This document shows, piece by piece, positions 28,661-37,260 of a DNA stretch of 64,000 nucleotides (its first letter is position 1; each line of letters begins with the position of its first letter). The stretch spans positions 12,924 to 76,923 of the forward strand of contig JBCCFL010000019.1 in assembly GCA_039029735.1 (NCBI GenBank), in the 5' to 3' direction. The notes under the pieces were generated by a model. The model had not been told where the DNA came from. It searched no databases and saw only the letters and a list, made by a program, of their open reading frames with translations. The position numbers were made by a program, and so were the translations under genes. Source of the DNA: Actinomycetota bacterium. GTDB lineage: Bacteria; Actinomycetota; Acidimicrobiia; Acidimicrobiales; SZUA-35.

Positions 28661-30402
28661 GATTGCCCTCCCACGAGGCCAAGATCGATCGCCGACCGCA
28701 CGGCGGTGGCCGCAGTGTGTCCGAGCCCGCAGATCGACGCATCCTTCATGGCCTGATCCATCTCGGCCAGCAGCGCCACTGGGGTTGCGCCCGGCGCCGC
28801 GAGCAACTCGTGCTGGCGGATCGTGCCCACCCGACACGGCACGCATTGGCCGCACGACTCGTCGCGGAAGAACTCGGCGATCCTGGTGACGACGGGCTCC
28901 ATGTCGATCGTGTGGTCGAAGGCCATCACCACCCCCGAGCCGAGCGACACCCCGGCAGCCCGGGTGTCTTCGAACGTGAGTGGCAGATCGAGGGAGCTGG
29001 CGTCCACGAACGAACCGGCCGCCCCACCCAGCAGCACGGCCTGCAGGTCGCCAGCCACACCACCGGCGAGGTCGAGCAGCTCACGGAGCGTCATGCCGAA
29101 CGGCACCTCGTACAACCCGGGGCTGGCCACCCGGCCCGACACGCAGAACAGCTTCGTGCCAGTCGAGCCGTCGGTGCCCACCGAGGCGTAGGCCTCTCCC
29201 CCGTCGGTCACGATGTCGAGCACGTTCAGCAACGTCTCGGGGTTGTTGACCACGGTGGGGGCGTCGAACAGGCCGTTCGTGGTGGGGAACGGCGGCTTCT
29301 GCCGTGGCTCGCCCCTGAACCCTTCGAGGGAGTTGAACAGCGCCGTCTCCTCCCCACAGATGTAGGCGCCGGCACCACGGCGGATCTCGATATCGAACGA
29401 GAACGACGACCGGGCAATCCGCTCTCCCAGGAAGCCAGCCTCGCGAGCCTGGTCGATGGCACCCTGCAACCGGGCGGTCGCCAACGGATACTCGCCCCGG
29501 ATGTAGATCCAGCCCTTGGTCGCCCCGACGGCGAAGCCGGCGATCGTGGCGGCCTCGATCACGGCGAACGGATCGTTCTCCATCACGATGCGGTCTTTGA
29601 ACGTGCCGGGCTCCGACTCATCGGCGTTGACCACCACGTGTTTCGGGCCTGCCTCGTCGGCAACGGCCCGCCACTTGATCCCGGTAGGGAACGCGGCGCC
29701 GCCCCGGCCCATCAGCCGGGCCGCCTGCACCTCGGCAATCACCCCGTCGGCCCCGCTGGTGAACGCCTCGGCGAGGGCCTTGTAGCCGCCAGCACCGACG
29801 TAGCTCTGCAGGTCGGTGGGGTCGACCACACCAACGCGGCGAAGGAGCCGGAGGCGAGGGTCGGCCCGCTGGGGCACGAGCGGGGCCGGGGGCGTGTCGG
29901 CGGCGACATCGACCGGCACCCAGTCGGCCTTGGCTCGGCCCTGGACGAACTGGGCCACCGGCCGCTCGCACTGCCCGAGGCAGGGGCTCCGGTGGACGTG
30001 GCGGCCGGCCGCTTCGGCCTCGGCGATCACCTCGGCCGCACCGGCGATCTGGCAGGCCGCGTCGACACACACGTGCACCACGTCGTCGCTGTGGCCGGGG
30101 TCGTCCACCCGGAACAGGTCGTAGAAGGTGGCCACGCCGTAGGCCTCGGCCGGTGGCACGCCGAGCACCTCGGCGATGTGGTTGAGGCCACCCGGACTGA
30201 TCCATCCTGCCTCACGCTGCAGGGCGTGGAGGCACGGGAGCAGCAGGTGACGCCGCTCGTTGCGGCGGCTCACACCACCGAGCACGAGCCGCTCGTTGGC
30301 CACCACCACGGTGGGGCCGGCAGCCGAAGCCGCGACAACAGCGTCGATCGCCGCCGCCTCCGCCTCCGTCGCCTGGTCGGCGGAGATGTGCAGATCGGTC
30401 AC
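28657..30402 (-). CDS. NuoE-NuoF fusion-like diaphorase subunit (FdsG/FdsB-like; FMN, NAD, Fe-S)
   Basis: The N-terminal part is thioredoxin-like [2Fe-2S] (CVDAAC...SPCLGQCE). The NuoF-like part has GRGGAAFPTGIKW, NADESEPGTFKDR, and ESCGQCVPCR...CGLG. The GTG start overlaps the upstream stop (GTGA). Confidence 0.85.
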   Translation of the reverse strand: MTDLHISADQATEAEAAAIDAVVAASAAGPTVVVANERLVLGGVSRRNERRHLLLPCLHALQREAGWISPGGLNHIAEVLGVPPAEAYGVATFYDLFRVDDPGHSDDVVHVCVDAACQIAGAAEVIAEAEAAGRHVHRSPCLGQCERPVAQFVQGRAKADWVPVDVAADTPPAPLVPQRADPRLRLLRRVGVVDPTDLQSYVGAGGYKALAEAFTSGADGVIAEVQAARLMGRGGAAFPTGIKWRAVADEAGPKHVVVNADESEPGTFKDRIVMENDPFAVIEAATIAGFAVGATKGWIYIRGEYPLATARLQGAIDQAREAGFLGERIARSSFSFDIEIRRGAGAYICGEETALFNSLEGFRGEPRQKPPFPTTNGLFDAPTVVNNPETLLNVLDIVTDGGEAYASVGTDGSTGTKLFCVSGRVASPGLYEVPFGMTLRELLDLAGGVAGDLQAVLLGGAAGSFVDASSLDLPLTFEDTRAAGVSLGSGVVMAFDHTIDMEPVVTRIAEFFRDESCGQCVPCRVGTIRQHELLAAPGATPVALLAEMDQAMKDASICGLGHTAATAVRSAIDLGLVGGQS

Positions 30403-32402
30403 GTGACAGCTGCCCCTTCCAGCTCATCGGTGCTGGTGTGCTGCGCGGCTGGGTCGAGCTTCTCCACCCGGATGGCGGCCGCCTTGAACTCGGCCGTGCC
30501 GGACCGCTTGTCCCAGGCGTCGTTGGTCAACACGTTGGCATCCACCAGTTCGGGAAAGTGGAAGGTGGTGAAGGTCAAGCCCCGAGGCAGGTCGGGCTGG
30601 ATCCGTACCGCCATCTCCACCGAACCCCGCGGCGAGCTGACGAGCACCCGCTCTCCGTCACCGATGCCGAGCGCCTGGGCGTCGTCGGGATTGACGTCGA
30701 GCGCCTCGCCGTAACGAATGGGCGACGAGAGGGACCCCGACTGCACGCCCGTGTTGTAGGAGTCGAGCGATCGGCCCGTGGTGAGGCGCAGGGGGAAGTC
30801 TGGGGTGAGCGCCTCCTTCGGGCCCTCGTGCTCCACGACGCTGAACGGGGCGGGGTCACGGCCCTCACGATCGGCGGCCCAGAGCCAGCCGTGGAGGAAT
30901 GGGCTGCCGGGATGATCCTCGGACGGGCAGGGCCACTGGAGCCCACCCTCGGACTCCAGCCGATCCCAGGTCATCCCCTGATGCAGCGGCGAGAGCGAGC
31001 GCAGCTCGTCCCACAGCTCGTGCGGGGTCGGAGTGCCCCAGCCGGCGCCCATGCGGTTGGCGAGGTCGGCCAGGATGTCGATGTCGTGGCGGGCCTCGCC
31101 CGGCGGCGGCACGGCGGCCCGTACCCGCTGCACCCGGCGCTCGCTGGAGGTCACGGTGCCGTCGGACTCCGCCCACGCCACCGAGGCGGGAAGCACCACG
31201 TCGGCCAGTTCGGCGGTGCGGGTCAGGAAGATGTCCTGCACAACGAGGAGGTCGAGGCCCTCCAGCAGATCGCGGGCGTGGGCCACGTCGGCCTCGGAGT
31301 CGGCCGGGTTCTCACCGATGCAGTAGACGGCCCGCAGCTCGCCGGCCTTCATTGCCTCGAACATGAGTGTGAGGTGGAGCCCGGGCTCGGGGTTGAGCTC
31401 CACCCCCCAGGCGGCCTCGAACTTGGCCCGGGCGGCGGGATCGACCACGTCCTGGAAGCCGGGGAACTTGTTGGGCAGCGCGCCCATGTCGCCCCCGCCC
31501 TGCACGTTGTTCTGCCCCCGCAGGGGGACGAGCCCCGAACCCCAGCGGCCGACGTGGCCGGTGAGCAACGCGAGGTTGCACAGCGACAACACGTTGTCGA
31601 CGGCGTTGTGGTGCTCGGTGATGCCCAGCGTCCAGAGGATCTGCGCCTTGTCGGCGGTGGCGTAGGCCTCGGCCAACTCGGCGATGGCGGCCGCCGGCAC
31701 GCCGGTGATCTCCTCAGCCACCTCGAGCGTGTAGGGCTCGACAGCATCGACGTAGGCGTCGAAGCCCTGGGTGGCGTGGGCGATGAACTCTGCGTTGTGC
31801 CAGCCGTTGGCGATGATGTGGCGACCAACGGCGTTGGCGAGGGCGATGTCGGTGCCCACGTTCAGGCCGAGCCAGGCGTCGGCGAACTTCGCCGACGAGG
31901 TGCGGCGCGGGTCGACGGCGAACATCTGAGCGCCGTTGTCCAACCCCTTCATGAGGTGATGGAAGAAGATCGGGTGGGCCTCTCGGGCGTTGGAGCCCCA
32001 GAGCACGATCACATCAGTTTCGTGGATCTCCTGGTAGGAGCAGGTGCCGCCGCCGGCACCGAACACTGTCGCCAGACCGACGACGGAGGGAGCGTGTCAA
32101 GTTCGGTTGCAGGAGTCGATGTTGTTCGACCCCAGCACGGTGCGAGCAAACTTCTGGGCGGCGAAGTTCATCTCGTTCGTCGCCTTCGAGCAGCTGAACA
32201 TGCCCACTGCCCGGGGGCCGTGCTCGTCGACGGTGGCTCGCAGGCCAGTGGCCACCCGGTCGAGGGCCTCGTCCCACGTGGCGGGCCTGAGCTCGCCGTT
32301 GTCGCGCACGAGGGGCTGGGTGAGGCGCGGACGCTGTCGAGCCAGCCGACCCCGGCGACGGCCCGAGCGGGAGGAGCCGTTGGTGTGGGTGGGAGCAGTC
32401 AT
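30399..32402 (-). CDS. Formate dehydrogenase catalytic (molybdopterin bis-PGD) subunit, read through an in-frame UGA (selenocysteine candidate); lacks the usual N-terminal Fe-S module
   Basis: ORFs 32097..32477(-) and 30399..32066(-) share a frame and are separated only by TGA 32099-32097. The joined sequence reads ...SNNIDSCNRT-U-HAPSVVGLATVFGAGGGTCSYQEIHETDVIVLWGSN.... I place the start at ATG 32402 (MTAPTHTNG...RLTQPLVRDNGELRPATWDEALDRV). Confidence 0.8.
32068..32084 (-). other. Candidate SECIS apical hairpin
   Basis: The mRNA reads UGA CAC GCU CCC UCC GUCGUC-GGUCU-GGCGAC. This gives a 6-bp stem (one G-U pair) and a GGUCU loop starting 13 nt after the UGA. It occupies the same V/A-G-L codon context as the GGUC loop of the E. 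coli fdhF SECIS. Confidence 0.5.
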
Positions 32403-32470
32403 GGGTGCCGAACCTCGTCTGGACGTGGGTAGTGATCTGGGGCCGCAGGATTGTCCCACGAAGCGGAACA

Positions 32471-32486
32471 GTTCCACTCTGCGGAT
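32471..32486 (-). promoter_or_regulatory. Weaker copy (12/16) of the C1-cluster 16-mer, 69 nt upstream of the FDH operon start
   Basis: The minus strand reads ATCCGCAGAGTGGAAC, against TTCTGCATCGTGGAAC at 56348 and 61113. It overlaps the palindrome GGAAC-A-GTTCC. Confidence 0.3.
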
Positions 32487-32595
32487 CCCCTAATGGTAGC
32501 CGCCCCCACGCAGCGGAGCCCGGCCGAACCAGGCCATACACCCGAGTCGCAAAACCGGGAGATGCGCACCATTGAGAGGGATAGCGTGAGTTGCG

Positions 32596-34302
32596 ATGCG
32601 ATGGTCCAAGTTGTTCATCCCCACCCTGCGTGATGCGCCGGGTGACGCCGAAGCGATCAGCCACGCCCTGTTGGTGAAGGGCGGGTTCATCCGCCAGCTC
32701 CACAGTGGCCACTACTCGCTTCTCCCGTTGGGGTGGCGCGTGCACCAGAAGGTGGAAGAGGTGGTCCGCCAGGAGATGGACGCCATCGGCGGCCAGGAGT
32801 TCCTCCTGCCGACGATGCACCCTGCCGGCATCTGGCAGCAGTCCGGCCGGTGGGACACGATGGGCGAGATCATGTTCCGCCTCACCGACCGGCGGCACAA
32901 CGACCTGGCGCTCGGCATCACCCACGAGGAGATCTTCGCCACCGTCGCCACGGAGCTCTCGTCCTACAAGGAACTCCCCCAGGTCTGGTATCAGGTCCAG
33001 ACGAAGTTCCGCGACGAGGCGCGGCCCAAGTCGGGCCTGCTGCGCGTTCGTGAGTTCGCGATGAAGGACTCCTACTCGTTCGACCTCGACTGGGACGGGC
33101 TCGACGAATCGTTCCAGGCCCACCACGACGCCTACGTGCGGATCTTCCAGCGCTTCGGCCTGAAGGCCATGCCGGTGCAGGCATCGAGCGGCGCGATGGG
33201 CGGCAACACCTCCACCGAGTTCATGGTCCCCTGCGACGCAGGGGAGGACGACGTGATCGTGTGCCCCAACTGTGGCTACGCCGCCAACATCGAGAAGGCC
33301 ACATCCACACTGCCCGCCGTCAACGACGAGCCCGGCCCCGACGCCCCCGAGCGGTTCGCAACGCCCGGCGTGCGCACGATCGCGGCGCTTGAGAGCTTCG
33401 AGGGTGGGGCGGCGGCCGACCGCCAGATCAAGACGATGGTGATGGTCACCGACGGCGAGGTCACGCTCGCCCTGCTCCGAGGCGATCACCAGCTCAACCT
33501 CCAGAAGCTCATCGACGCCACCGGCACCATCGAGCTGCGACCAGCCGAGGCGGCGGAGACGCTGTCGAACCTCGGGGCCAACCCCGGGTCGCTCGGGGCG
33601 GTGGGCGTCAAGGGCCTCCGCATCGTGGCCGACGAGGCGCTGCGAGGGCGGACGAACCTCACCACCGGCGCCAACGAGGACGACTGGCACTTCCGTGGCG
33701 TTGACATCGAACGCGACATCGACGTCGACCTCTGGGCCGACCTTCGCGAGGTGTCGGCCGGCGAGGCCTGCCCGCAGTGCGGCACGGCCGTGGGGATGGT
33801 GCGCTGCGTCGAGGCCGGCCACATCTTCAAGCTCGGAACCGGCTACGCCGAGAAGTTCAACGTCACGGTGAGCGACGCCGACGGCAAACCCCGACCTGTG
33901 GTGATGGGCAGCTACGGCATCGGCATCGGCCGCAACATGGCTGTGATCGCCGAGAGCCACAACGACGACCGCGGCATCATCTGGCCCGTCGCTGTTGCGC
34001 CGTACGAGGTTGTGATCACCCCCCTCAAGCTCGACGCCGACACGATGGCAGCCGCCGAAGGCGTGTACGACGCCCTGCGCGCCCGGGGCGTCGACGTGCT
34101 CCTCGACGATCGCGACGCCCGAGCCGGCGTGAAGTTCGCCGACGCCGAACTGATCGGTGTGCCCTACCGAATCACACTCGGCCCGAAGGGCCTCGCCAAC
34201 CGCGAGGTGGAGTTCACTCCGCGGGCCACCGGCGACACCGAGATGGTGTCACTCGACGGTGTCGCGGGGCGCGTGGCCGACGAGGTGGTCGCCGCCCGCT
34301 GA
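32596..34302 (+). CDS. proS: Proline--tRNA ligase
   Basis: MRWSKLFIPTLRDAPGDAEAISHALLVKGGFIRQL..., FRDEARPKSGLLRVREFAMKDSYSF, and a class II aaRS plus anticodon-binding C-terminus. Confidence 0.95.
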   Translation: MRWSKLFIPTLRDAPGDAEAISHALLVKGGFIRQLHSGHYSLLPLGWRVHQKVEEVVRQEMDAIGGQEFLLPTMHPAGIWQQSGRWDTMGEIMFRLTDRRHNDLALGITHEEIFATVATELSSYKELPQVWYQVQTKFRDEARPKSGLLRVREFAMKDSYSFDLDWDGLDESFQAHHDAYVRIFQRFGLKAMPVQASSGAMGGNTSTEFMVPCDAGEDDVIVCPNCGYAANIEKATSTLPAVNDEPGPDAPERFATPGVRTIAALESFEGGAAADRQIKTMVMVTDGEVTLALLRGDHQLNLQKLIDATGTIELRPAEAAETLSNLGANPGSLGAVGVKGLRIVADEALRGRTNLTTGANEDDWHFRGVDIERDIDVDLWADLREVSAGEACPQCGTAVGMVRCVEAGHIFKLGTGYAEKFNVTVSDADGKPRPVVMGSYGIGIGRNMAVIAESHNDDRGIIWPVAVAPYEVVITPLKLDADTMAAAEGVYDALRARGVDVLLDDRDARAGVKFADAELIGVPYRITLGPKGLANREVEFTPRATGDTEMVSLDGVAGRVADEVVAAR

Positions 34303-34310
34303 GCGGAGCA

Positions 34311-34328
34311 GAGCGCCCCGTGGCGCTC
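34311..34328 (+). terminator. Candidate hairpin terminator after proS
   Basis: gagcgcc-ccgt-ggcgctc forms a 7-bp stem with a 4-nt loop, 9 nt after the stop. There is no U-tract. Confidence 0.4.
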
Positions 34329-34390
34329 ATCACTGTCAACCCGTCAGCCGATCGGCACTACGATGGACCGCTCCACCACGAAGGGCGCGT

Positions 34391-35137
34391 ATGTCGGGTG
34401 TGCAATCGATCGAACGGGCTTTCGCGTTGCTGCGAGCGCTCGCCGTCGGCTCTGCCGGTGTCACCGACCTGGCCGAGCGGGCTGATCTCCCGAAGAGCAC
34501 TGTGTCGCGCCTGCTCGCTGCACTCGAGCAGGAAGGGGCGGTCGAACAGGAGGAGATCGGGGGCGAGTACCGCCTCGGGAGTGCGCTCGCCGATCTTGCC
34601 GGTGCTGCCGGCCCCGGGTACAACCTCGTTACCGCCGCCCGCCCTCACCTGATCGAACTCACCGCCCAGACCGGCGAGTCGAGTGGCCTGGCCGTGCTCG
34701 AAGACGGGATGGTGTACTACCTCGATCACGTCGACGCCGAGGAGAACGTGATGGTGCGGAGCTGGACCGGGGAGCAGATCCCGTTCCACGTCGTACCCTC
34801 CGGCTTGGCGCTCCTGGCCGCCGCCCGCCCGTCGGTGATCGAGGACCATCTGCGCCAGCCGCTCGAACCGAGCACCGAGCGGACAGCGATCGACCCGATC
34901 GAGATCCGCCGGAGGATCGAGCACGTGTCGCGCGCCGGTTACCTCTGGTTCCATCGGGAGTACGACGACGAGATCTCCTCGGTGGCGGCTCCGGTGTGGG
35001 GGCCGGGGCGACGCGAGGTTCTCGCGGCAGTACACGTGCACGGTCCGGCCTACCGATTTCCTGGAGACGGCTCGGCCGACGAGATCGGCGCCCTGGTGAG
35101 CGATGCGGCATCCCGTCTCGCTGATCAGTTGCACTGA
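34391..35137 (+). CDS. IclR family transcriptional regulator
   Basis: ORF 34157..35137 was trimmed to ATG 34391 (MSGVQSIERAFALLRALAVGSAGVTDLAERADLPKSTVSRLLAALE), followed by an IclR effector domain. Confidence 0.85.
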   Translation: MSGVQSIERAFALLRALAVGSAGVTDLAERADLPKSTVSRLLAALEQEGAVEQEEIGGEYRLGSALADLAGAAGPGYNLVTAARPHLIELTAQTGESSGLAVLEDGMVYYLDHVDAEENVMVRSWTGEQIPFHVVPSGLALLAAARPSVIEDHLRQPLEPSTERTAIDPIEIRRRIEHVSRAGYLWFHREYDDEISSVAAPVWGPGRREVLAAVHVHGPAYRFPGDGSADEIGALVSDAASRLADQLH

Positions 35138-35153
35138 TCAAACCCGGCCTCAC

Positions 35154-35885
35154 ATGGAGTTTCTCGGCCTCTCGGCCGCTGCCTGGGCCGTCGCCGTCGG
35201 CATCGTGTTCGTCGGGGCGGTGATCCAGAGTTCAGCCGGCTTCGGGTTCGGAATCGTGTCGGCGCCGGTGCTGGTGGTGCTCGATCCTGCGCTGGTGCCG
35301 GCTGTAGTGATCGGAATGGGAGTACCGGCGAGCCTGCTCGTCATCTGGCGGGAGCGGGCGAACGTCCGATTGGCCACCGTGCAATGGGTGCTGCTCGGCC
35401 GGCTGCCCGGGAGTTACCTGGGGGCGCTCGCCGTGGTGGCCCTCGGCGATCGGGCCCTGGCGCTCATGTTCGCCGTGTCGCTGCTCACCGCCGTTGGCCT
35501 GAGTGTGGCTGGCCTCCAGGTGCGGCACACGGCGCCGAACATGGCCGCCGTGGGGCTCGTCTCGGGGGCCATGGGCACGGCCACGTCCATCGGCGGGCCC
35601 CCGCTGGCGCTGCTCTACCAACGCGAGTCCGGCCCCGATCTGCGGGCCGCGATGTCGGTGTTGTTGGCCACGGGCAGCGTGATGTCGCTCAGCTTTCTCG
35701 CCCTCGGGGGCGCCTACTCGTGGTTCGACGCCCAGCGGACCATCGCCTTCTACCCGGTGGTGCTGCTCGGCTTCGCGGCATCTCGCTGGACCGTTCGGTG
35801 GCTCGACGGTGGCTACACCCGCGCTGCGGTGCTCGTGTTCGCAGCCGGGGCCGCGCTGCTGATCGGGGCACGAGCCCTGTTCTGA
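35154..35885 (+). CDS. TauE/SafE (DUF81) family anion exporter
   Basis: ORF 35103..35885 was trimmed to ATG 35154. It is polytopic and carries VGAVIQSSAGFGFGIVSAPVL and GTATSIGGPPLALL. Confidence 0.7.
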   Translation: MEFLGLSAAAWAVAVGIVFVGAVIQSSAGFGFGIVSAPVLVVLDPALVPAVVIGMGVPASLLVIWRERANVRLATVQWVLLGRLPGSYLGALAVVALGDRALALMFAVSLLTAVGLSVAGLQVRHTAPNMAAVGLVSGAMGTATSIGGPPLALLYQRESGPDLRAAMSVLLATGSVMSLSFLALGGAYSWFDAQRTIAFYPVVLLGFAASRWTVRWLDGGYTRAAVLVFAAGAALLIGARALF

Positions 35886-35947
35886 CCCCTCGACGACCAC
35901 TAGTGTTCGCGACGGGTAGACAAACACACATGGAAGGGGAGGGTTCG

Positions 35948-36361
35948 ATGGATGTCATCGTGCTCATTGGACGGATCGTGTTCTCGCTGCTGTTTCTCGG
36001 CTCGGGCGTAGGGCACCTCATGCAAACAGCGCAGACCGCAGCGACAGCAGCCGAGAAGGGCCTACCGCAACCAGAGCTCATGGCTCGCCTCAGCGGCGTG
36101 GCCTGGCTGGCCGGCGGCCTCGGCGTGGTGCTCGGCATCTGGCCCGACCTGGCCGTGGCCGGCCTCGCCCTGCTGCTGGTGATCGTGAACGCCACGATGC
36201 ACCGCTTCTGGGAAGAGACCGACGCCGAGCGCCAGCAGTGGGAGATGTCGCAGTTCATGAAGAACCTCTCCATCGCCGGTGCCTGCATCGTGATGTTCGG
36301 CATCTTCGCCTACGGCAACGACGCGCTGCAGCTCGTCGGGCCCGCCCTCAACCTGAGTTGA
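35948..36361 (+). CDS. DoxX family membrane protein
   Basis: This is the C-terminal part of ORF 35384..36361. ATG 35948 is preceded by GGAAGGGGAGGG (alternative ATG 35930). Four hydrophobic segments are present, beginning MDVIVLIGRIVFSLLFLGSGVGHL. Confidence 0.55.
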   Translation: MDVIVLIGRIVFSLLFLGSGVGHLMQTAQTAATAAEKGLPQPELMARLSGVAWLAGGLGVVLGIWPDLAVAGLALLLVIVNATMHRFWEETDAERQQWEMSQFMKNLSIAGACIVMFGIFAYGNDALQLVGPALNLS

Positions 36362-36371
36362 CGGTCAGCAC

Positions 36372-36401
36372 GGGGTCGGTCGACTAGGCTCGACCGACCC
36401 C
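36372..36401 (+). terminator. Strong hairpin after the DoxX gene
   Basis: ggggtcggtcga-ctaggc-tcgaccgacccc forms a perfect 12-bp stem with a 6-nt loop, 11 nt after the stop. Confidence 0.6.
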
Positions 36402-36422
36402 AGTGATCGAGAGGCGAGACGG

Positions 36423-36803
36423 ATGGACGAGCGGCTGACAGGCGCACCACTGTTCGATGGGATGAGCGACGCCGAGCGGGAGACGGCGGCCGCGCTGTTC
36501 CAGCCGGTACGCGTGCTCATGGGCGAACAACTCACCTCCGAGGGCGACTTCGGCTACTCGTTCTTCGTGGTGTTGGCGGGCCGGGTCAAGGTGGACGTCG
36601 GCCCCGACGAGCCCGTCGAACTCGGCCCCGGCGATCACTTCGGTGAGGTGTCACTCGTGACGGGCAACCGTCGCAACGCCACCGTCACCGCGTTGGAAGG
36701 CTGCGAGTTGGCCAAGATCATGACCTGGGACTTCCCGGAGCTCATGAACCAGCACCCTGCGCTCGCATCACGGATCCAGGCCAGCGCCGACGAGCGCGGC
36801 TGA
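36423..36803 (+). CDS. Stand-alone cyclic-nucleotide-binding domain protein (126 aa)
   Basis: Contains LFDGMSDAERE..., GDHFGEVSLV...RRNATVTA (the FGE...R[ST]A phosphate-binding cassette). Confidence 0.75.
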   Translation: MDERLTGAPLFDGMSDAERETAAALFQPVRVLMGEQLTSEGDFGYSFFVVLAGRVKVDVGPDEPVELGPGDHFGEVSLVTGNRRNATVTALEGCELAKIMTWDFPELMNQHPALASRIQASADERG

Positions 36804-36828
36804 TCCCTCACCTGTCATCCGAACCGAC

Positions 36829-37260
36829 GTGGCTGGCGAGACCGATCTCGACGCGATGCTTCGCACCCTCCAGGTCGAACGCCGGCCGGGCGTCTTCGCA
36901 TTCCTGACGCTGGGGCCCGATGCCGCTGAGCGCTGGCGGGCCCAGAGCCTGGCCACGATCACCGAGACCGAGGGCATCACGGTGGTTGTGCCGGCCGACA
37001 CCGCCCGGGCCGCCGGCCACGGTGATGCGTTCGAAGCTGCCTGGCTCACACTCACGGTGCACAGCTCGCTGGACGCGGTGGGGTTGACGGCTGCGGTGTC
37101 CACGGCGCTGGCGGAGGCGGGGATCGCCTGCAACATGATCGCCGGCTTCTACCACGACCATCTCCTCGTGCCGGTCGACCGGGCGGCGGAGGCCGCAGCG
37201 TTGCTCACGAGTCGTTGGCGGCCCGATACTGAGGGCCATGTCGACCATCCCTCAGGCTGA
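36829..37260 (+). CDS. ACT-domain-containing small protein
   Basis: AWLTLTVHSSLDAVGLTAAVSTALAEAGIACNMIAGFYHDHLLVP resembles the ACT_7-type family. Confidence 0.55.
   Translation: MAGETDLDAMLRTLQVERRPGVFAFLTLGPDAAERWRAQSLATITETEGITVVVPADTARAAGHGDAFEAAWLTLTVHSSLDAVGLTAAVSTALAEAGIACNMIAGFYHDHLLVPVDRAAEAAALLTSRWRPDTEGHVDHPSG

Noticed and set aside
32300-32402. SRSGRRRGRLARQRP at the N-terminus of the FDH catalytic subunit as a Tat signal peptide.
   Set aside because: No hydrophobic h-region or AxA cleavage site follows the Arg cluster. The partner subunits are cytoplasmic NuoE/F-type proteins.
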